A DNA stretch of 64,000 bases from positions 221,823 to 285,822 of the forward strand of contig JBDWLM010000003.1 of the NCBI GenBank assembly GCA_039973155.1, read 5' to 3'. Below the pieces are notes generated by a model, which made no database searches, was not told where the DNA came from, and saw only the letters and a list, made by a program, of their open reading frames with translations. Shown piece after piece: positions 56,549 to 63,565 of the stretch. Every line of letters begins with the position of its first letter. The first letter of the stretch is position 1. Origin of the DNA: Erythrobacter sp. (lineage in GTDB: Bacteria > Pseudomonadota > Alphaproteobacteria > Sphingomonadales > Sphingomonadaceae). A program made the position numbers and the translations under genes.

Positions 56549-58057
56549 ATGAACCCTAGAGACAACGTTACCGTGGGACTGACGATCACGAAATCGGAAT
56601 TCACGGATGAAGAGTTTGAACATTTTGCTGCCAAGGTCCGCACGGACCTTAGTGCGTTCGCTCGTCTGCTGGACCGGCCCGGCTTTGGTGAGGGCGAGAG
56701 TTCCATTGGCGCTGAGGTCGAGTTCTACATCGTCAACCGCGACCTGCGGGTTCAATCCATCAACACCGACATCGCCGCCAGCGTTCAGGACCCGCAACTG
56801 ACGGTTGAGCTCAATCGATTCAATCTCGAATACAACCTCAGCCCCCAGGTCTTCAAGGGAAGCCCGTTTGCCCGAACGGAGCAGGAACTACTATCTGCCA
56901 TCCAACGAATCAACCAACACGCCGCACCACTGAACGGGGAACTGGTCCCAATTGGCATTCTGCCCACCCTGCGCCAGTCCGATACGGGTACAGAGGCGAT
57001 GACAGACGAACCCCGCTACCACGCTCTATCCAGCGCGCTGATCAAGCAACGGGGCGAGCCCTTCAGCATCCATATAGGAGGCAACGATGTCGTAGACCTG
57101 GAGGCGGACGACGTCACCATGGAAGGGGCCAATACCTCGTTCCAGCTGCACTGGCAGGTTTCCGCCCACCGTTTCGCCGATTATTTCAATGCCGTCCAAC
57201 TGGTCACGCCCATTGTCCTGGCCCTGGCCAGCAATTCGCCCAGCCTGTTTGGCCACCACCTCTGGGACGAAACCCGCATTGCCCTGTTCAAGCAATCCAT
57301 CGATAGCCGATCTCCGCACCTTAAAACCTGGCGCCATCCGCCCAGGGTGTATTACGGAAACGGCTGGGCACGCAGCGCCTGGGAACTGTTTGCGGCCTCC
57401 GCATCGTTGTATCCCCCCATCATCCCACTCATGTCGGATGAAGACCCGATGGCCGTGCTCGATCGTGGCGAGGTGCCGGAACTGGCCGAGATGCGCCTGC
57501 ACCAGGGCACCACCTGGCCCTGGAACCGGGCCATCTACGATCCCACCGGCGATGGTCATCTCCGCATTGAGATCCGATCCATGCCTGCCGGCCCAACGGC
57601 CGTGGATATGTGTGCGAACGGGCTGTTCGTGATCGGGGCTGCCCTGGCGGTGCTGGACGACATCCCGCATCTGACCTCAATCCTCCCCTTCCATTACACC
57701 GAACACAATTTCTACCGCGCCGCCAAATACGGCATCGGCGCCGAAATCATCTGGCCGCACAAGGATCAGGTGCAGTTGCAGGATATGCCGTTGTTGGCCG
57801 TGGCCCGGGACCTGCTGCCCCGCGCCCGGGAGGCATTGAAACGAACCGACGTGGACGAGTCGGAAATTCACCGCCTGCTGGGCATCATTGAAGGCCGCAT
57901 TGAAACCGCCATGACCGGCGCCCGTTGGCAGCGCCACATCACCGAGCACCTGTTCCAGTCCCTGAGCCCCGATGAGGCGTTCCGCAGCATGCTGTCGCTG
58001 TACATGACCAACCAGAAGACCAATACACCGGTCCATGAATGGGCGCGGTCACCGTGA
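56549..58057 (+). CDS. Glutamate-cysteine ligase family 2 (GCS2)-type carboxylate-amine ligase
   Basis: 502 aa. GCS2-like blocks (IGAEVEFYIV, LEYNL, MEGANTSFQLH, ALASNSP, LWDETRIALFKQS). Longer than YbdK-type enzymes. Confidence 0.7.
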   Translation: MNPRDNVTVGLTITKSEFTDEEFEHFAAKVRTDLSAFARLLDRPGFGEGESSIGAEVEFYIVNRDLRVQSINTDIAASVQDPQLTVELNRFNLEYNLSPQVFKGSPFARTEQELLSAIQRINQHAAPLNGELVPIGILPTLRQSDTGTEAMTDEPRYHALSSALIKQRGEPFSIHIGGNDVVDLEADDVTMEGANTSFQLHWQVSAHRFADYFNAVQLVTPIVLALASNSPSLFGHHLWDETRIALFKQSIDSRSPHLKTWRHPPRVYYGNGWARSAWELFAASASLYPPIIPLMSDEDPMAVLDRGEVPELAEMRLHQGTTWPWNRAIYDPTGDGHLRIEIRSMPAGPTAVDMCANGLFVIGAALAVLDDIPHLTSILPFHYTEHNFYRAAKYGIGAEIIWPHKDQVQLQDMPLLAVARDLLPRAREALKRTDVDESEIHRLLGIIEGRIETAMTGARWQRHITEHLFQSLSPDEAFRSMLSLYMTNQKTNTPVHEWARSP

Positions 58058-59094
58058 GCACATCGAACGTACTCGACTACCTGCATGACCCGTCACCCCG
58101 GACTCTGGGGCGTTCACCCCTTGAGTGGCTGGACCGGCTGCACAAGCCCACGGTGGTTCATGTGGCCGGTCGCGATCGCTCGCGGACCCGGGCCATGGCC
58201 ACGCTGTTGCACGGTAACGAGCCTTCCGGTTTGTTTGCTCTGCACCGATGGCTGCTGGAGCAGCACACCCCGGAGGTCAACATGCTGTTTCTCCTCGGCG
58301 GCGTCTATCCCGCGAAAATCCCACCCGCACTCTCACACCGCCAGCTGCCCTACGGGCTCGACCTCAACCGGTGCTTCCGGCAACCCTTCGAGGGCGAGGA
58401 AGGGGCCATCGCCCAGGCCTTGCTGGCCGAGCTGCAGAAGGTAAAACCGGAATGCCTGCTGGACGTTCACAACACCTCAGGCACAGGCCCGGCCTTCGCC
58501 GTGACCATCACCAGCGACGCCGCCCACCAGGCGCTGACCTCCCTGTTCACCGACCGCCTCGTCATGACAGACCTTCGTCTGGGTGCGCTGATGGAATATT
58601 CAGAACAGGAGGTACCCACGGTGACCATCGAGTGTGGTGGCTCCCAGGAAGAACAGGCGCACCAATTGGCCTACGAGGGACTCGTGCAATACACCTCAAG
58701 AGCCGATGTGTTGTCACTGGAAAAAGCAGAGTGGGACGTCAACGTACTGCGCAATCCGATTCGGGTGGAGCTGGCGCCGGAAGCGACCATCGAATATCGC
58801 CTTACGCCTACCGGCCAGGCCGACCTCACCTTACCGCCCGACATTGAACGCCGGAATTTTGGGATTGTGTCCCCGCATGAGCCGCTGGGATGGGTGGGAA
58901 ACAAAGGCCTGAGCATACTGACCGCGATCGGCCACAACCGGGCCGAGACCATGGAGCAGATTCTTCAAGTGAAGGATGGGCAGATCTACCCCGCCCAGGC
59001 CCTTAAAGCCTTCATGATCACCACCAACCCGGTGATTGCAAAGAGTGATTGCCTGTTCTATGCGGTGAAAGCGACCGGCGAGCCGATATTTTAA
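58039..59094 (+). CDS. Succinylglutamate desuccinylase/aspartoacylase (AstE/AspA) family zinc hydrolase
   Basis: 351 aa. N-terminal Zn-site context LLHGNEPSG and a downstream DVHN. Overlaps the ligase gene. An in-frame GTG at 58054 gives a GTGA start/stop overlap. Confidence 0.7.
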   Translation: MGAVTVSTSNVLDYLHDPSPRTLGRSPLEWLDRLHKPTVVHVAGRDRSRTRAMATLLHGNEPSGLFALHRWLLEQHTPEVNMLFLLGGVYPAKIPPALSHRQLPYGLDLNRCFRQPFEGEEGAIAQALLAELQKVKPECLLDVHNTSGTGPAFAVTITSDAAHQALTSLFTDRLVMTDLRLGALMEYSEQEVPTVTIECGGSQEEQAHQLAYEGLVQYTSRADVLSLEKAEWDVNVLRNPIRVELAPEATIEYRLTPTGQADLTLPPDIERRNFGIVSPHEPLGWVGNKGLSILTAIGHNRAETMEQILQVKDGQIYPAQALKAFMITTNPVIAKSDCLFYAVKATGEPIF

Positions 59095-59361
59095 AACCCA
59101 GTGAGCCCCAGAGCGACATAGTGGGCTTCAGGTACTCAGTTATCTCATACCTCGTTAAAAGCTTGAAAGTCAGCCATATCAGCAAGGTAGATCGTTACCA
59201 ACAGAATTTTGTCGCGGCCGGAACAGAGCTCGTAACTCCTCTACCGGACGATAGCGCATGGTCTTGCGGTCGCGGATCTCCCATGCCGTCACGTTCTGCG
59301 CACTGGGGGTCGACCAGCGGCTCAAGCGTGTTCCTCTCTGACGTGCCGAGACTAGGCGTGC

Positions 59362-60159
59362 TCATGTAAACCTCCTATCGAGGAAATCGAGAACCGCCTT
59401 GTTTACAGCAGCCGGTTGCTCCAGAGCGGACAGATGACCCGCGGCGGGAATCTGGACCAACTCGGAGTCGAGCAATGCGTCGTGGATCTGGCGTGATAGG
59501 ATGGGCGGAAGCGAGCGATCCTCCTCCCCGACCAGCACGAGGGCGGGCACGCCAATCTGCGAAAGACGGTCAAGAACCGAATCCCTCTGCATCAGCGCTT
59601 TCAGGCTCAGCAGGATGGACGGAAGATGGACGCGGGAAAACTCCCCTTTCCACTCGCGCACGAGCGCCGGATTCTGCCGCCGGGTCGTGGCCCCAAACAT
59701 GAGCCGAGCGATAGAGGGCAGGAACGGGCCTATTCCAAGGAATCGAGCTCCCAAGCCCATTGCGCTATTCCTCAGCTTTCGATACAGGTGTTCAGCCCCA
59801 GCGTCGGTATCCATCAGGATAAGCCCTTCCACCCGCTCGGGACAGGTCAGCGCCGCCCGCAATGCCACCATGCCTCCCACGGACAACCCGCACCAGACGG
59901 CTCGCTCAATGCCCACCTCGTCCAGTACTGCCACCACGTCCGAGACAGCGTCATACAGGGAAAAGGATTGCGTTACTTCGCTTGACCCACCGTGGCCACG
60001 GAAATCGAGGTTGAGCACACGGTATGTCTCTGCAAAGGCCGGTACCTGCTCGTGCCACATCTTGCCTGTACAGAGGAAGCTGTGTCCCAACACCACGGGG
60101 CACCCTGCCCCAGTGTCATCGAAGAAAATCGACAAGCCTTGATTATGAGCGGAGGCCAT
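59362..60159 (-). CDS. Alpha/beta-fold hydrolase (enol-lactonase/haloperoxidase-like)
   Basis: 265 aa. HG oxyanion motif (VLGHSF), nucleophile elbow GLSVGG and a C-terminal His (AAGHL). Confidence 0.85.
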   Translation of the reverse strand: MASAHNQGLSIFFDDTGAGCPVVLGHSFLCTGKMWHEQVPAFAETYRVLNLDFRGHGGSSEVTQSFSLYDAVSDVVAVLDEVGIERAVWCGLSVGGMVALRAALTCPERVEGLILMDTDAGAEHLYRKLRNSAMGLGARFLGIGPFLPSIARLMFGATTRRQNPALVREWKGEFSRVHLPSILLSLKALMQRDSVLDRLSQIGVPALVLVGEEDRSLPPILSRQIHDALLDSELVQIPAAGHLSALEQPAAVNKAVLDFLDRRFT

Positions 60160-60255
60160 ACGATTCGTCTCAGGTGCGAGAAGAGGAACGGCTCATTAAC
60201 TGCCTAGACAATATGATGCCCCACTATGGGGCTGCCCCTACCTCGTGGGTTAGCC

Positions 60256-60441
60256 TCAGCCACTGGTATGGAGCGCCACATCTTCAATTCTGACACCGAT
60301 TGTTACGCGGCGCCACGAGTCGATTTTCGCTTTAACGCATTTCACATTCCGGTGAGCCTGGTGGCGCCACTCAACAGCTTTAAGTTTGAACTCGGTGGTG
60401 TACTTCTTGGTTTTCTTGCCAGTCTTGATTACAGGCATCAA
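60256..60441 (-). pseudogene. 5' remnant of an IS3-family transposase orfA
   Basis: An intact SD (AAGGAG) and ATG are followed by MPVIKTGKKTKKYTTEFKLKAVEW, the typical IS3 OrfA HTH start. Similarity is lost after about 35 codons, and no OrfB or DDE region follows. Confidence 0.55.
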
Positions 60442-60528
60442 TGTTCTCCTTTGGCGGAGTTATCGATACGTGTCTACTGAAAGGGGGGGGAGGTACAGAA
60501 CGAGCTGCAACAACTGGTTAGGCATTTC

Positions 60529-60906
60529 TCAATTCCGTGCACCGCATGGGGCCGCTGGCAGTTTGCCTGTTAAAATTCGCTGCCAATCGGTAGCAACTTC
60601 CTGGGAGCTGAATGTCCCGCGTAAATTTCCGCTAGGAATTGGCACCCATATTGTCGCCTTCGAAAACTCACGACTACCGACAAGAATGCGGATCATTTTG
60701 CCGGTGTTTGCTTCCGTGAATGCCTCTAAATTCGTGGTACCAAACTCTGTCAAATTGACGTAAACCGGCCAACCAAGATCTGTCTGCTCCCCTACTGTCG
60801 ATTTTTCCACGTAGGGCGAGCACAAATAAAACTCCGGCTCAGTCTCCGCCAATCCAATGGCAGGAAAAGCCAACAACAGAATGGCGATCCATCTCATCAT
60901 GACCAT
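60529..60906 (-). CDS. Orphan secreted protein with SecD P1-head-like segment
   Basis: Start trimmed to the MVMMRWIAILLLAFPAIGLA signal peptide, because the upstream part of the tracked ORF overlaps parE. The mature part, ...LTEFGTTNLEAFTEANTGKMIRILVGS...IPSGNLRGTFSSQEVATDWQRILTGKLPAAP, resembles the SecD periplasmic head. Confidence 0.45.
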   Translation of the reverse strand: MVMMRWIAILLLAFPAIGLAETEPEFYLCSPYVEKSTVGEQTDLGWPVYVNLTEFGTTNLEAFTEANTGKMIRILVGSREFSKATIWVPIPSGNLRGTFSSQEVATDWQRILTGKLPAAPCGARN

Positions 60907-60973
60907 TGCAACGCCGAAGCGCACCGGTGACTTTGACATCGCGAAGACAAAGGTATCCGAGTGATGCACCTGG

Positions 60974-61276
60974 TTAGCTGTTCCCAAGCATGTACGCCCG
61001 AAGCTGCCGCTCCTCTCGCATAACATAGAGGACGAGAACCCGCTGCTCATCCTCACGATAGAAAATGCGACACGGTGAAACCACTACCTCCCTGTATACC
61101 GAATTAGGAAGTTCTGGAGGAATCCGTCCGGATTGGGGAAAATCCTCCAAACGTTCGGTCTTATCGAAAACTTCCTGGACCAGATGACTAGGGGCAGCAG
61201 GATTATCCAGAGCAACGTACTCTGCGATGGCATCCAGTTCTTGAAGGGCGGGCTCCGTCCAGATTACTTCAGCCAT
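60974..61276 (-). CDS. parE: Type II toxin, ParE/RelE superfamily
   Basis: 100 aa. Pattern IWTEPALQELDAIAEYVA...FPQSGR...YREVVVSPCRIFYRE...VLYVMREERQ is typical of the ParE family. Overlaps the upstream antitoxin gene by 13 nt. Confidence 0.85.
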   Translation of the reverse strand: MAEVIWTEPALQELDAIAEYVALDNPAAPSHLVQEVFDKTERLEDFPQSGRIPPELPNSVYREVVVSPCRIFYREDEQRVLVLYVMREERQLRAYMLGNS

Positions 61277-61521
61277 TTACTCATTTTCTCCCTGGCCTCA
61301 CTCTGGCTGTACATTCTTCCCTCAAGTACAGCACGCTCTCCCCGTGAGAGCTCCTCAAGCAGCTCAAGTCGGCGCTGCATAAACTCATAATCCTGCACAT
61401 CCACAAGGTATGCGGATGGCTTACCATGCTCGGTAATCAGTACCGGCTCTTTCGACAAGTGCAGATCTGCCAGAATCTTTGTGGCTTGGCGCTTGAGGTT
61501 GGTAACAAGCTCAACTTTCAT
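61264..61521 (-). CDS. Type II antitoxin, Phd/YefM family
   Basis: 85 aa. N-terminal Phd/YefM fold signature (TNLKRQATKILADLHLSKEPVLITEHGKPSAYLVDVQDYE). Confidence 0.85.
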   Translation of the reverse strand: MKVELVTNLKRQATKILADLHLSKEPVLITEHGKPSAYLVDVQDYEFMQRRLELLEELSRGERAVLEGRMYSQSEAREKMSKWLK

Positions 61522-61545
61522 GGGCTCACCCTGAATCAGATTAAC

Positions 61546-61565
61546 AGTGTTACTATAGTATCACT
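61546..61565. promoter_or_regulatory. Probable Phd/ParE autoregulatory operator
   Basis: AGTGTTACTATAGTATCACT is an 18/20 palindrome. It lies 25-44 nt upstream of the antitoxin ATG and contains a TATAGT -10-like hexamer on the gene strand. Confidence 0.45.
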
Positions 61566-61875
61566 TCTCGGGTGGGGCAATCACAGCTAACGCTCTGGCA
61601 TTGCGGCGTGCCGGAGCGCCAGCGCAGGCGCGTCCGACAACAGCCATTTGTTAATGGCCGGTTACCCGGCGGTTTATCCCTGGTACTCAAACCCGAATGC
61701 CCTCTGCCATGCAGCTTGCACCCAGCCTAGCCCATGGCGAAAGGAACCAGAACACGAAACCTAATGATTTTGCAGTGTTTTGCGGGGAGACAAGTTGAAC
61801 GATGGTAAACATTTGAAAGCAACTCCCTGCTTTACTGACTGAATCCTTCCTAGGCCTTGGCCATTAACAGCTAAT

Positions 61876-61909
61876 TATACGAACGCGTTCGTATACCCCC
61901 GTTCGTATA
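61876..61909. repeat. 20-bp perfect palindrome plus a third direct half-site
   Basis: TATACGAACGCGTTCGTATA (61876-61895) is self-complementary. The half-site CGTTCGTATA recurs at 61900-61909, 14 nt after its copy in the palindrome. The region is non-coding, about 220-250 nt upstream of lemA. Confidence 0.8.
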
Positions 61910-62129
61910 ACTCTGGAACACCCTTGTGCTGCGGAGGTGTGGTCCGGTACCGGGGGGCTTCGGATTCTTGGCGCTCAGGAACCGTCATGTGCCCAAAAGG
62001 TGCGGGTCTGGAATACGCTTGTCACCTTGAAAACACTGGCCCTATCCCCAATTAGAAGGTAGTTCGATGCCTCGGCATGATCGCACGGCATCTTCCCTTT
62101 TTCATGCATTTACCACCGGGAAAAGCACT

Positions 62130-62747
62130 ATGGGAATCCTTCATAAACCGTTTCAACAGCGGACTGTCTGGCAGTTGGCACCGCTGATGGCACTGGTTCT
62201 GTTGCTCAGTGGCTGTGGAATCAACAACATTCCCACTTACGATGAGAAAGTCACCTCTGCCTGGTCCCAGGTAGAAAACCAGTACCAGCGCCGGGCGGAT
62301 CTGATTCCCAACCTGGTGGAAACCGTCAAGGGCTTCGCGGCTCAGGAGCAAGACACCCTGACAGCAGTCATTGAGGCGCGTTCCAAGGCCACTTCCATTC
62401 AGGTAGACGAGAGCATTCTCAACAATCCCCAGAAGCTGCAGCAGTTCCAACAGGCCCAGGGTGAGCTTAGCAGCGCACTGAGCAGGCTGATGGCGGTGTC
62501 TGAGCGTTATCCGGACCTGAAGTCGAATCAGAACTTCCTTGCCTTACAGTCACAGCTTGAAGGTACGGAGAACCGTATTGCTGTCGCGCGGCGAGATTTC
62601 ATTCAGGCGGTGGAGCGCTACAACACCGAACTGCGCACCTTCCCGGGTAAGATCTGGCACAGCATCCTGTACAGCGATCTGGAGCCCCGCGCCAACTTTG
62701 AAGCCACTACGGAAAATGCGGATGAAGCGCCCGCGGTGGAATTCTGA
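62130..62747 (+). CDS. lemA: LemA-family membrane-anchored protein
   Basis: Start trimmed to ATG 62130 (MGILHKPF...). Lipobox-like LLLSGC. LemA core YDEKVTSAWSQVENQYQRRADLIPNLVETVKG. Confidence 0.9.
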   Translation: MGILHKPFQQRTVWQLAPLMALVLLLSGCGINNIPTYDEKVTSAWSQVENQYQRRADLIPNLVETVKGFAAQEQDTLTAVIEARSKATSIQVDESILNNPQKLQQFQQAQGELSSALSRLMAVSERYPDLKSNQNFLALQSQLEGTENRIAVARRDFIQAVERYNTELRTFPGKIWHSILYSDLEPRANFEATTENADEAPAVEF

Positions 62748-63505
62748 TGATTGCACAGTTCCACAAAAGCATGCTGTTAGCGTTACTGGTATTGCTGCCG
62801 GCTGCTGTATGGGCACAGTCAACGCCCGAGTTTCCCGAACTGACCGGCCGGGTGGTCGACCAGGCGGAGATACTTTCTCCTGAGGTCGAAGCGCGCCTTG
62901 GCAAGATGCTTCAGGCCCACGAGCAAGCCAGTACTGAACAGGTTGTGGTGGTTACGCTGCCGAACCTTCAGGGCTTTCCCATTGAGGATTTTGGTTACCA
63001 GTTGGGCAGGCACTGGGGTATTGGTCAGGAGGGCGAGGATAACGGCGCCCTGCTGATTGTGGCCAAGGAAGAACGCAAAATCCGCATTGAGGTGGGCTAT
63101 GGCCTTGAAGGCCGGCTCACTGATGCCGACTCTTCGGTGATCATCAATCGCATTATTACCCCGGCGTTCCGTCAGGGGGATTTCCAGGCCGGTATCTTCA
63201 ACGGCGCCGCCGCGATGATCCAGGTTCTCGGTGGTGAACCGATGGCAGCTCCCCAGGGCCAGACAACAGGTGTCGCCCAGGAGAAGCCCAACGCCGGCAT
63301 GGTCGCGCTATTGTTCTTCATCATGATGGCCGTGGTGTTCTTTATCGGCAGTCGCGGTGGCCGTGGTGGGCGCGGTGGCGCAGCCCTGTTAGGAGCAGCT
63401 CTGCTGGGTGGTGCCATGGGTGGCCGTGGCGGCGGCTTCGGTGGTGGCGGCTTTGGCTGCGGTGGAGGCGGCTTCGGCGGCGGCGGTGCCTCTGGTGGCT
63501 GGTAG
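62747..63505 (+). CDS. TPM-domain protein (YgcG-like) with TM helix and glycine-rich tail
   Basis: 252 aa. The start overlaps the lemA stop (TGATG). Signal peptide, then TPM motif LTGRVVDQAEILSPE and a TM segment. The tail reads GGRGGRGG...GGGFGGGGFGCGGGGFGGGGASGGW. Confidence 0.85.
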   Translation: MIAQFHKSMLLALLVLLPAAVWAQSTPEFPELTGRVVDQAEILSPEVEARLGKMLQAHEQASTEQVVVVTLPNLQGFPIEDFGYQLGRHWGIGQEGEDNGALLIVAKEERKIRIEVGYGLEGRLTDADSSVIINRIITPAFRQGDFQAGIFNGAAAMIQVLGGEPMAAPQGQTTGVAQEKPNAGMVALLFFIMMAVVFFIGSRGGRGGRGGAALLGAALLGGAMGGRGGGFGGGGFGCGGGGFGGGGASGGW

Positions 63506-63565
63506 CTCCGCATTGATAGCCAAGCGCGCTGAACCCCCTCACTTGACGATGAGACTGAAAGAATC

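Noticed and set aside
59195-59365. A 56-codon minus-strand ORF whose ATG overlaps the hydrolase stop codon (ATGA). A neighbouring frame shows a faint HTH-like string (LSRWSTPSAQNVTAWE).
   Set aside because: No family motif, mixed codon usage, below any sensible length threshold, and the HTH-like string is in a different frame interrupted by stops. It may be decayed remnant DNA.
59049-59369. A 106-aa plus-strand ORF in the spacer after the AstE-like gene.
   Set aside because: It starts inside the upstream gene, runs through AT-richer non-coding sequence, and has no motifs or SD.
60256-60441. An intact IS3-family insertion sequence.
   Set aside because: Only about 35 codons of orfA similarity remain. 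There is no frameshift site, no OrfB or DDE domain, and no identifiable terminal inverted-repeat pair. It is called a remnant only.
61581-61662. Integron attC-like site (AGCTAAC ... GC-rich imperfect palindrome ... TGTTAATGG) next to the toxin-antitoxin cassette.
   Set aside because: The putative core sites do not fit RYYYAAC / GTTRRRY. The internal stems are poor, and no intI or attI is in the window.
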